Shown one piece after another: positions 52,101 to 64,000 of a DNA stretch of 64,000 nt. The notes beneath the pieces are model-generated. The model did no database searches. It was given only the letters and a program-made list of their open reading frames with translations, and was not told the origin of the DNA. The position numbers and the translations under genes are program-made. Source of the stretch: Marsupella aquatica (Eukaryota; Plantae; Marchantiophyta). Location: positions 2,037,324-2,101,323 of the forward strand of contig OZ316891.1 in NCBI GenBank assembly GCA_973895155.1, read 5' to 3'. Within the stretch, counting starts at the first letter, position 1. Each line of letters begins with the position of its first letter.

Positions 52101-55100
52101 CCTTATCAAAACCTCTTGATGGTGGAAATTTTTAGTCTGGCAGTTGGGGACGGATTCGAATGTTTGCCTAGTGAATTTGGTGATAATTTCTTCAAGCTCT
52201 ACAATTGCAAGGATGATGGTCAACCATTACATCTTATCGGATTGCTGATTTAATTGCTCACATGGTACTGATCATGAGTGGGAATACTGGTTAAATTGCA
52301 GAGGAGCCTCACATCCCTAGATTTGACAGTCTCACCAGCACCAATTCCAGGATCCTCCAGCCAAAACGAGTCAATCGCGATTGTGCAACAAACTGAAGAA
52401 GCATCGCGAGATTTATCTAGGAATGATAGAACAAGCGCAGATAATTCTATTTTCGTGCAATCAGACCGCAAACAGAAGGACCCTGCTCGTGACATCTCAC
52501 TGCAAGTTTTGGAGAAGTTTTCGTTAGTGACCAAATTTGCAAGAGATACCACTGCACAATTGTTTGGTGGTGATAGCCGAATGACCTTTGATAACCTTGA
52601 GTTGGATCATGGGCCAGCGCCTAGGCGCTGTCAAGACTTGGGGGTAGGCTCAACTCTGGCAACCCCCGAAACACTGATCCAAGACCCATCGCCTCCAAAG
52701 GCCAGTAATGAGGTGAATGGCATGGGCCCTCTAGTCACTTGGATCTTGACAGATTGATTCCTGAAGATGTAAACGACGACCATTTCAAACGAATTTATTG
52801 ATTCTAAGAAGTGCAATTTCTTTAACTTTAGTTTTTGTACTGCACGGAAAACGGATAGTCATTTGCTTTCGTGTTATTCTGCGTGCTCTTTTTCAGCAGC
52901 CAAAGCGAGATGAAGAACAGAAAGCAGATGAAGAAGCATCCACTAATGTGGGGACCTTTGAGCTTGTGGATGGTATGCGGGTACTTAGTTCAAGTACCCT
53001 CTCTGTCAATTTTGCAATTGTTGCCAATTCCTTGGCATAACCGGCAAACTCTCTATCTTGACGTAGTGTGTCTGAAGGTTTTAGTCTTAGTTCTGTTTTA
53101 TCAGGAGGGAAGCAATATGTCCTTAAAGCTCTTTCTGCAATCTTCAAGGAAGCTTATTACTGATGCCATAATTAAATTTCTTCAGAATGAATCTCCACCA
53201 CTGGTATGGGGAAGAGCCCGACCTCCGCCGTTGGGTAGTGAAGAGGTGAGGTACTGTTCTTATTTTTGCTTGTGAAAAATCCAACAACTATGTCAAGTTT
53301 CTCTATTCTTATGCTGAAATTCCTCTTTTGTAAGTTTTAGGGTTTGTAGTTCCTACCGTAATCTGGAAAAGTCTGCATGGACTGGTTTACTAAGAGTAAA
53401 TTTTGTCGCAGTGGAGGAGCTTCATGGACAGCGAAGGTCGGGTGGTTGATCCCAGAGCTCTTAAGAAAAGGATTTTCCATGGAGGACTTGAGGCAGGCTT
53501 GCGGCCCCAGGTAGCCATAAAAACTTTTCTTTTAGGGCATATGCGGTGAAATAGCTGTTTCTTGTTTTCCTCGTGATGATAATCTGTTCCGTGTGAGACA
53601 TCTTGCAATTGAATGAGACGGAATACTAAGAGAGCTGCTAATGATGGACCATTTCTCTTGGGCAGGTCTGGAAATTTCTACTCGGCTATTTCCTCTTTGA
53701 CTCAACATATGCTGAGCGGGAGGTTTTGATGATGCAAAAGAGAGAGGAGTACGCAATTTTAAAAGCGCAGTGGCAGGTATCATTTGTGTTTCTTTAGGTT
53801 TCATTGTTCAGCTGAGCATATGTACAACTGTTCCACTGCCCTTTGCTTGTATCAAAGTGTCAATCTGATGTGAACCATGTTGTTTCCAGACTGTATCAGA
53901 GGAGCAAGCGAAGCGATTTGCTAAATATCGAGAAAGGAAACATCGCGTTGAAAAAGATGTGGTATGTTTTCCAATCACAATTTGGGTTGTGTGCAAAATA
54001 CCCTGTAACCTGGCATGTTTTTCCCGCATGGTTTTCCAGAGGATAGAATAGATTGACGAGTAGCAGTTCAACGGACTGCCCAATTTTTGGTGCTTTAAGG
54101 ATATGCCCAACCGCCAGTAAACAATCAGCGAACAGACTGAGTCATAAAGTGGACTTCTAACTGTGGCAGAGGAATATCCAATGTATAGCTATTATTGGAT
54201 CCAATTCATTCATACCTTTTTAGGAAGTTCTGGGTGTTATCTATCTCTGCCATTTTTTTACTCATCAGGGTTTAGCCCTTGAAGCAGTAGAACCTTATGT
54301 ATCTCACGTTGAGACTTTTTAAGATCTATTAGAAGTTTAGAGATCGCTAGATTCCTAGCTTTGTTGTCAGCAATAGTTGAGGGACTTGTGATGTGTGGCC
54401 TTTGGTTACCAACGCGTGAAGGGCACCAGCCAGTACTAAAGATAGGAAACTGATCAGGACTAATAACTGTCAGCTTAATTTAACAAGCTGGATCTAATTA
54501 GATCAAATTATGGTTATGCAGGTACGGACAGATAGAGTTCTACCCTTCTATGAAGGGGATGACAATGCTAACGTTACGCTTCTAGGGGATATACTTGTTA
54601 CGTATTCTTTCTACAACTTTGATTTGGGATACTGCCAGGTGAACATCCGATGAAATCCTCGACGCTTTAGTCTGGAACTATCAATGTCAAATGAAAATGG
54701 AGCTATTTGAGTTTCAGGAACAGCCGTCTTTCTCTCTTGTGGACAAGTATTTAATTATAATATTGTATCATGGTGTGATGGTTCAAGTTGATTTTCCATC
54801 CTGATCCACCCTACTATCTTTACAGGGTATGAGCGATCTCCTGTCGCCAATTCTCTATGTTATTGGGGATGAATCAGAAGCATTCTGGTGTTTTGCTGCA
54901 TTGATGGAGCGTATGGCTCCCAATTTCCATCGTGATCAAAACGGAATGCACTCACAACTCTTGGCCCTATCCAAGGTACATAAATGATATCCACATGGCA
55001 TGGTTTTAATTCGCATCAAGTGGTTATTCAATGTTGTTCATGGCCAGCCAAATCGAGTTTCGAGAATTTAGGCTGTCTAGAAAGTAGAGTATCTCTTTGC

Positions 55101-56075
55101 GGTTAAGGAAATTAGAAAGCTGATTAGATGCCATGGTTGGAGTCTGTCGTCGTGGTTTGTAATTCAAGCAGCTTGCAGTGCTTCTGCCAGTTTTTTTTCG
55201 TAGCTTGGTTCTTTCCGTTTCTATATCTGTGCTGATTTTTATGTGGACCTCTTTATATGTGGACAGTTGGTGCAACTGTTGGATGGCCCTCTACATGATT
55301 ATTTCAAGCAGGCCGACTGTCTAAATTACTTTTTCTGTTTCCGTTGGATTCTCATTCAGTTCAAGAGGTAAGGGATCATAGCTGGACTTCGTTTCTCGAA
55401 CATTTTATGATGGTTACGATGACAATATTTAAGTTGCTGCAGACCAAGCTACTAGTTTTTCCCCAATAGAGTTCAATTCAGTCTTTTACTTGATGGTGAA
55501 CTTTTTTAAGGCCTAAGCTTTGAAGTAGAGTAATATGCTTGCTTCAAAGCTGCTTGTCACATTCCGAATTATTCTAACATGGGGTTCATGGTACTTGAGC
55601 ACGGAGTTTTCTTTGGTCATCTATCATACATGGGGTTGATGAAAGTCGTTAGTACCAGTGAGTTGATTACTTGACTAGTTTGGAAGAAGATTTGAAGTTG
55701 GACGTCATTGAAATGCTTATAGCATACCTGAGAGGATTAGCAGCTGTGCTCACGTTCAATGTGATTTTGGACAGGGAATTTGATTATGACACTGTGTTAA
55801 GACTTTGGGAGGTACTCTGGAGTCATTATCTGTCAGAGCACTTTCATCTGTACATATGTGTAGCATTGCTCAAGCGACACCGGCGCAAAATAATGGATGA
55901 ACAGATGGAATTCGATACTTTGCTAAAGTTCATCAATGAGTTGAGTGGGCACATACCACTGGAATCAACGCTACGAGATGCCGAAGCTTTGTGTTTGTTT
56001 GCAGGTGATAGAGGTGTAGCTTGTATACCACCAGGAACGCCTCCTGCTTTGGCAACAATAGATCAAAGCCAATAA
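49163..56075 (+). CDS. TBC-domain RabGAP (TBC1D15/TBC1D17/Gyp7-like), multi-exon
   Basis: Exons encode VYVKDNVSVHPTQ...ISGRLRLIKQG, SIRRHTPPLGWQYIIIVL, LQVLEKFSLVTKFARDT, IEKDV/VRTDR, LGYCQ/GMSDL, MERMAPNFHRDQ, FFCFRWILIQFKR and LRLWEVLWS...FDTLLKFINELSG. First exon 49163-49312; stop at 56075. Confidence 0.92.
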
Positions 56076-58612
56076 GAATGTGACTATCGTGTTCATGTAG
56101 CAGCTCCAGTATGAACGAGAGAACCGCGATCTCACATATTAAATAATAGGATTCATCTGTAGTCGCAGGTGTTAGTGGACATACTTTCATTAGTGTATCA
56201 CGAATCAAGCACAATTCAGTTTAGCGTTCTGAGTTGTTGGTTTAAGGAGAGCACGTTTAGCTTAGAGATCCCGAGTGGACAATATACTTCAAAGCCTGTA
56301 CCATGGAGGCATCTCACGGAGCTCAGGTGGTATCAAATGCACTCAAATGTTAAAATAACCAGACTCATCATTTAGAAACTGGCCTAATTATTCGCCCTGT
56401 ATGGGGGCCGCACGCAGTCTTCTGCAATATGGATAAATCGACACAAGCTGTTGTTGTCACCTGCAAGTCTTTTCCTGTCTTTCACTCATAACGCGACAGT
56501 GTCATTATCACGATGCTATGATTTTAGTAGAGTTACATTTATCCGTCCCATTTTCAACCTCGAATGATATGGGAATTTTGGACAGAGAAGAGGTCCACAG
56601 AAAAGGGGCAAATGAAAATTTCGTTACGATCAACTGATAGCAGGAAATGGTGGTGTTGCCGCTTTGGAATTCACTTGTGGAATGGAGTATCGCCTTCAAC
56701 GAATCTATACATAGCTGGCAGGTGTCCGTGCTGTGCAGCCCCTTTCCCCTTTCACCTTAGCATTTTGCACTAGAAATGAGGTTTGTTGCTGTTTGCCTGA
56801 TTCCTTAGCAGCTGTCTCTTTTTAAGGTGGCCGTGTTGATGAATTGAACAACACGTTCCTGACCTGTCACCACGACACTAAATCAGTGAATTCCGATACT
56901 GCTGGCTCATTTGCATATCCAGACCCACTTCACTTCCCCCGTATGATCCGGGGTTTCTGTCCTGGACGGTAACTTAACTTCTCCAAATCTAGAACATGCC
57001 GATGTGACTAAGTGCAGGCTTCCGTGAAGACGTCCCCAGCCTGCACTCATCCACGGAATACACACTAATAATAGAAGTGCCGGAACTTTCTATTATGCCC
57101 TTCTGGGCATGTGCTCGGGTGCAGTTTCAAAGATGTGAGATGTGCCCTTCTCGAACAAGTGCATGCATTTGATATGTGACAGTCTCACTAGCAATTTCTT
57201 TGTAGGTTGATATGTGACAGTCTCATTCGCAATTTCTTTGTAGGAAAACGAAGGCAAACACAGAAATATAGCAAAATGTGCAGGAATTGAAATGAACTGC
57301 CATGTGACTCCATCACACAACTGCAGTGCCCGACTCTGCCATTGTAAATCATCACTTTCCAAATTCCTTCCCATGGCTCGTATCCCCCCAAATAGGTGAA
57401 TAGCTTCCTAAGCGTTTGTGCTTCCATGGCTTTAGCTCATTGCTTTGCCCCACTAGCCATTGCCAAGGCATTGTTGCTGCCAGTTTCCTTCCCATCTACT
57501 GACTCCCCCAAACTGACCCCCATAACTCACAATACAGAAATGCACGCCCAACTTCCTCCCAGGTTATCGTATGAGAGGCCTTCCTGCCAAGCCTCTAGAC
57601 AGTCTATCGTTGCATCGTTACGGAACTGCAATACATGCATTGAGCACTCTGAGAACAAAAAATTAGGCTCCGGTGACTCCATCTGCCAACAGGGTGACTC
57701 ACTCATTTGATGTCCAAATTTTTCACTTGTTGCTCCCATTTCGCATCATGTTTTCTCCTTATCCCTTTTTGGCTGCCCAATTTTGTCCTATGCTGCCCTA
57801 TTGTCCCTTGTTGAATGACACCATCCTTGCCTTTCATGACCATTCCCTCTAATTTGTCTGATGCTATTGTTGAAAGTGGTAGCACTATTGCAATTGGCAA
57901 CATAATATAAAAGAATCATTGGTTTTAAATCATAATTTTATTGCACTTCATAAATTACTACTAAGTATGTGCCCTCTTGGCCCCCCTTACAGAATTGTAT
58001 TCTATATACAAAACTGTAATGACAAGCCTTATAATCTATATAACTAATTGCAATGGCAAGCTAGACTCGGGGTCTAGGCTTCTAAAGCGAAGCCTCTAGA
58101 CTGTGACCCTAGGCCCCCACCAAAATTTATGTGGGTGGAAAGAAGGATGATCCTGAAAGGTTTTGTTTGTCATCATTTCTATTAAAGTTCAAAGAATGGG
58201 CGTACAGGCTTGTAAGGAAAAGGGAGAACTGGAATTCACTATTGTAGATTGCCACTCTTTTGTGGCATGATACATATCTTGCCACTGAATTTTCTCTGTT
58301 TATCAGAATGTCATTGTTTTAGTTTGTGGGCAAAAAGAATTTAACCCAGGTTAGCTCCTTCACATGCAATGACTGTCCTCACACATAATTTTGCTATTAA
58401 ACAGTACGGGTCTTCCACAAGGTGATTTTGACCATCCTTGGGTCAATTGATTGAGGGTGGGTTGACAGGTCTTGTCGTCCCATTCTACACACCTCACTTG
58501 TTAGGGGCCAGCCTGTCCCTATGCATAGCCTCCTGCTTCTGTCCCGCTTAGGTGATCAAAGACACATTGAGGGAGACTAGTTGTCCAATCACAGGGTTTA
58601 GGTGCAATGATA

Positions 58613-61168
58613 TGTAGGATCGAAACGGACAGCATGACGTCTCATAATCGTCAGTCATACAACACTCCGGTACACCGACACAAAGATACGTGGTTCACCC
58701 CGTCAGGGCTACGTCCACGGCCGCACCAAGAGCTTCACTATGAACACGAAAAGTACATATCACCATAGCTCCATGGTCCAAGTTCTCTCTCTTTCTCACA
58801 AAGTTCTCAACTAAGTGTTCTCTCTCCATAGGACACCAAGAGGGTATCCCTTCATGAAGAGTCTAGTCAACTAATGTTAACTCCGGTTAGCTTACTCTAG
58901 TTAACCTAGCCAAGGTTGAGTCGAAACCCTAACAAACTCCCCTTTGACTCTAGCCTTGAGCTAGCTGCTAGCAATCTGAAGCTAAGATCTGCAGTGAATT
59001 GCAATGTCTTGCAAAATCACCATGAGGGATAACCTTGGTTAACATGTCAGCTGGATTGAGTTTACCATCAATCTTGACTAGCTCAACCTTTCCTGCTGAC
59101 ACTTCCTGTCTGATGAAGTGATACCGGATATCAATGTGTTTACCTGCCATGTGTCATTTGGTTGGCAGCAATGTGTAAAGCATTATTGCTATCACAATGG
59201 AGTAGCACAATGCGTTGTGTAATCCCTAAATCCTTCACCAAGTTGCTTAACCAAATTGCCTCCTTAGCTGCTTCAGCTGCTGCCACATATTCAGCTTTAG
59301 TAGAAGATTGAGATATGCATTTCTGCTTTGTGGACCTCCAACTCACACATCCACCTGCAAGAGTGAAAGTGTATCCTGAGGTGGACTTCCTCTGGTCCAA
59401 ATCTCCTCCATAGTCAGAGCCCACATAGCCAATCAATGATTCTGCATCTTCACTGTGTGCATCAAACAACAATCCAACAGTAGAGGTTCCCTGCAGATAA
59501 CGAAGTATCCACTTCACTACTTCCCAATGTATCTTTCCTGGATTAGCCATGTACCTGCTCACCAATCCAACAACATGTGCTATATCGGGCCTGATACAAA
59601 TCATAAGATACATTAAACTGCCCACAGCATTATAATAGGGAACCTTAGGGTTTAGACCTCTCTCAATTGCATCTGTGGGGTAGGATGCAACTGAAAGCTT
59701 GAAATGTGACGCCAAAGGAGTACTCACAGACTTGGCACTTGCCATATTGAACTTGGCAAGAACCTTATTAGTGTACTTACTTTGTGTCAACCACAAATTG
59801 CCATTTTGTCTATCCCTATGAATCTCCATGCCCAATATGCACTTAGCAGCACCCAAATCTTTCATACTAAACTCAGAGCTCAATTGAGCTTTCAGCTTAG
59901 TAATGTCAGATTTATTCTTTGCTACTATGAGCATATCATCCACATAAAGAGCTAGCAAGATAAAACCAAAAGTTTCATCATTCACTCTCTTCATGTATAG
60001 ACAGCAGTCATGCACACTTTGAATAAATCCAAGTGACAACATAAAATCTTTGAACCTCTTGTTCCACTGTCTTGGACTCTGTTTCAATTCATACAAGGAT
60101 TTTAACAGCTTACACACCAGATGCTCCTTGCCTCTTTTGACATATCCTTCAGGCTGTTTCATGAAGATCACCTCTTCCAGTGTCACCCCCCTCGACCCTT
60201 TTTTCGCATCCGTGCGCCGCCCCGCGCGAGTAAATACTCACGACAGACTTACCCCCCGACGGGATATCTAAGATATCTCTTTGCGGTTTTAACGAAAAGC
60301 AAAACCGATTTCAGATTCTGAAACTAGACTTCAAGGCACTTCAAATTGATATAAAGATTTCTGAAAACGGTGAAGAATTGAAGGAGATAGAATTCGATTA
60401 AGATTATTGATTTTGACCTAGCCACCATAGCCAGGACTTTCGAGCTCAACTCAATCCAAGAGTTCTTCGTGACAACTTAATGAAACACATTGATTTCTTC
60501 ACCACCGCATTCCATAGCAACATCACTCGCACCAACTTTCCTTTAACGATCACGAACGTCTTACAAGAAACCAAAATCATATCACGGAAGTCACGTTCCC
60601 CTCGGTAATCAAGTCGGGACCTCAAAAACCGTCAAAAAACCATCTAATATGAAGATTGAAATTGCTCAGCCATATGTGAACAATCTTTCGACTAAACGTG
60701 CAAGTTTTCACTCCGTAGACCTCCTTATCCGATCACCACTTCGTATGTCAACGTTCACACTTCCATCGTGCCCCAAAAAACCGTCAATCAATCACGATAA
60801 ACTGCTAAGACATCAGCTCATCCCGAACCGAAGCTCTGATACCAATTGCAGGATCGAAACGGACAGCATGACGTCTCATAATCGTCAGTCATACAACACT
60901 TCGGTACACCGACACAAAGATACGTGGTTCACCCCGTCAGGGCTACGTCCACGGCCGCACCAAGAGCTTCACTATGAACATGAAAGTACATATCACCACA
61001 GCTCCATGGTCCAAGCTCTCTCTCTTTCTCACAAAGTTCTCAACTAAGTGTTCTCTCTCCATGGGACACCAAGAGGGTTATCCCTTCATGAAGAGTCTAG
61101 TCAACTAATGTTAACTCCGGTTAACTTACTCTAGTTAACCTAGCCAAGGTTGAGTCGAAACCCTAACA
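58613..61168 (-). mobile_element. Ty1/Copia LTR retrotransposon, internally deleted and non-autonomous
   Basis: 322-bp TG...CA LTRs at 58613-58934 and 60847-61168; 5-bp TSD TGATA on both sides; tRNAiMet PBS TGGTATCAGAGC (60833-60844, minus); PPT AAGGGGGAGTT next to the 3' LTR. Confidence 0.97.
58968..60186 (-). pseudogene. Copia RT C-terminal half and RNase H, frameshifted near 59145
   Basis: IFMKQPEG, LLKSLYELKQSPRQW, LYVDDML, MKDLG, RKSTSGY, AEYVA, LHCDS, KHIDIRYHFIR and NPADMLTK. Confidence 0.92.
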
Positions 61169-63776
61169 TGATAGTCATTGGGTGTGAAAGAGCTAACACA
61201 GGTTAAGTTTTTTAACCCACATTTAAAAGTATTATTGGCATAATCTTACTATAAAAGCGTAACCAAGTTTACTCTTAAGGGCCTAGAGTCTTGAGTGAAG
61301 CCTCTAGACCGTAACCCTATATACAAACATAAGTGATCATGAGTCTCAATAAAAAATATTTATTTTAAATAAAAAATAAAACTGAAATGAGGGTGAACAA
61401 AAAACAAGGATGGGACAAAGATTAATTGAAATAGCAAACAAATTTTATTATGCAGGATTATGTTTCTTCATACGGGTAATTGGGCTAGATTGAAAAAATT
61501 TAATGGTGATGTAAACATTATACCAAAATAGAGCAGCAATCAATCTAGTAAGTCTGAGATAGTAATCCTGAGAAAGTAGTCGGTCAGCCCCCACTCAACT
61601 CTAGGTTTCCATAGGTTCCTCGTTTGTGCCCCTTCCGCCCCTTCCTCATCACAATAGGTAGCGAATCTCCTGTGACCCGATTTTCGTTGGAGGACTGAGA
61701 CATTAAAATCCTTTCAGTCGCTCGGGTCCTCTATCTCCGTCCCTCTCTGTCCCACGCTCTCGGCGAGTCTCTTGTTGGCCCCTCTCTCTCCCTCTCTCTC
61801 CCTCTCTCTCCCTCTCTGGCTCTTCCGCTGTGAGCTTGTATAATTGTTACTCCCATCCAAGGACCACGCTGTCGAGGCTGGTGCGCTGAGGGACCCACAT
61901 TGCTGCTTCAACTCCACGGCAAATCCAATCCATCTCAAACCAATCGACCCAGCAGAGCTCTGTCGTGGATTGGTGGGTTTTCGTCTGGCATTGGTTGATT
62001 CAATGGTTTGCGAGGTGGGCTGATTGAAGGATTGATTGATTATCTGATTGAGTGTTTGATTGATTATTTGATCGAGTGTTTGATTGATTGATACTTTGGA
62101 GCCTGGATTCCGCTGTGGTCTTTCTCTTTCGAATCTTTGGCACGCGAATGCATAATTCAGTTTTAAGCAATCTGTTCTGCTCTTCCTCTTCCTCGTCTCA
62201 TTAGCTCTTCTTCCTGCAGCTGAATTACAAGTTGGGGCATTCACCATTCTTATGCACTGATGGACGAGTACGAGGTATGTCGTCGGCCAAATTCTCCCCT
62301 CCTCCCTGTCCTGACTTCTTTCTATGCGCGCCCGCTTGACTTGAAATGAGGTGGAATGATTCGGAATCGATTTCAGCTTTGTTTGCTGCTCTCTCCTTTG
62401 ATTGTACAGAGCAGCTTTGGCACATACTCGATTCTGTGACATTGCTTGAGAAATGGATGGATGCAAGGATGGGAGGACTTGAATCGGAGATCAATGAGAG
62501 ACCGTAATGAATTTCCCACAAGTAGTTATCGGGAATTTGAGAATGTTAGGTCACCGAGTTATTGAATTTCTTGACCTACGGGTGTTCTTTAAAGTGATGC
62601 AATTCTGTAACTGGAATCTTTGACGACATGATGATTGAAGTTAGCCATGATTTTACAGTACCAGAAAGATTCGGGAGTGGCTAGGCCGAGTAGTTTGGAT
62701 TTGGGGTGTTGAGGGTGTTTCCCCGAATGAGGATACTCTTCCCATGGGAATTTCTCAATAGGTTGCAAGCCTTACACGCGTAGGCCTTCGATTTTGAGTG
62801 TGACTTTATTGATTCGAAGAGGATGCTAAGAATTATGCCTCGTGGGAAAGTAGAAAACCATGATTTCTTCAGACATTCACATCTGAGTAGACCGCTGAAT
62901 GTTTGAGGATGAAGGACTGGTTCGAGAAGGAATCGAGAATTTGGTCAGTCAGGACAATGTTTACCCTAATTACTGAGCTACTGAATGTAACAGTTGCTTT
63001 GTAAATAAGGCCTCAAAATGACCTAAGCAGCCTTGTGTAATTGTTCAAGTACTGTTTTCACACATCTGCATGGGGACTGCAGTATTGCAGGAAAGCTTGA
63101 GTCTTGTAAGGGGGCGTGTGGGAATTAGCTGACTATAGTTTTGAAGCGCTTGCAGGCAGAGGAGAAGAAACAGGCAGCAATCACTGTCCTATCGAATTAT
63201 TCCCAATTTGTAATGGCATGCATTGGAGAGGGAGTCACCCCTCATCAACTACGGCTGCATTTGATGAAGGTGTGTTTCGAATAATGCTTTTTCCTCTATT
63301 TTGGGTTCCAAGAGAACCAAGAGAACAATATCTGCTTGATTGATTTTACAATTGTATGATGCCCCTACATGTAAGATGTTGTTCGATTGTACTCTTTGGG
63401 TACCGATATGTACCTGCTCAAATGAAAACCGAGTTTTGATACAGAATGGACAAGTGTGTAAAATTGAAAATTTCCCATCTCTGTAGAAGAATTCAAATAG
63501 CTCTTGAGTGGTGATGTTTTAAGAGTTGCATGATGGATCACGCGATTTCTTCACCGTGCATGCCTCTCTATGAATTAGTTCAGGGTTGGTAGTTGCGACA
63601 GAATACTATGGGGCTAATCTACTTGTATATTGAGATTGCTTTGAATGAACGAGTGTTGGATACATCAGAGGTTATCACAGCTCGGAGCCTTACCTGTGTG
63701 CAGATGATGAAAAGATAGCGTCAGGATAGGTGTCACTGATTCTATAGTCCGTGGAAATGGATAGGTAATGGCAGGA

Positions 63777-63960
63777 ATGCTAACATCCTTGGATGTTCAC
63801 AAGGTCCCTGTAGGTCAAAAACGAGAGATAGGAGGTCATCGTTCTCACACGTAAGAGCTAGTTCTAACCATAGCCAAGGCTGATTCCACAGTTGGTGCAT
63901 ACTGACAGGAAATTACAGGGATGCCAACATCCTTGGATGCGCACAAGGTCCCTGTAGCTC
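63777..63960. repeat. Short dispersed direct repeat, about 40 bp x2
   Basis: ATGC(T/C)AACATCCTTGGATG..CACAAGGTCCCTGTAG at about 63777 and 63921. Confidence 0.7.
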
Positions 63961-64000
63961 GAAAAGGAGAGGCAGCATCATCGTCCTCAGAAGCAACCAG

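Noticed and set aside
61714-64000. 250-aa minus-strand ORF and a possible downstream gene
   Set aside because: The ORF is antisense to a CT-rich leader-like region. A plus-strand gene probably starts here, but no coding exon could be assigned within the window.

Overview
Eukaryotic nuclear DNA with spliced GT-AG genes, most consistent with a streptophyte, probably a bryophyte-type plant (inferred from gene families, not proven). Host genes: a 10-exon nuclear CysA-type sulfate ABC-transporter ATPase with a plastid-transit-like N-terminus (13243-17552 +), a plant SANT-domain/EAR-motif chromatin protein (35477-40169 +), an intronless CDC45 (42879-44693 -) and a TBC1D15/Gyp7-type RabGAP (49163-56075 +). 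Mobile DNA: a decayed Mutator-like element with neighbouring cargo-like ORFs (about 1-8567), an RLE-type non-LTR retrotransposon remnant, a tRNA-like SINE head, and an internally deleted Copia element with paired LTRs, PBS, PPT and TSD (58613-61168). The standout is a Ty3/Gypsy-type retroelement (ORF 23623-31011 -). Its single reading frame runs Gag - protease - DNMT3-like C5 cytosine methyltransferase - RT - RNase H - integrase - PHD finger, is broken only by two in-frame TAG codons, and has no LTR pair that I could find by eye. All alignments were made by eye; no database searches were run.
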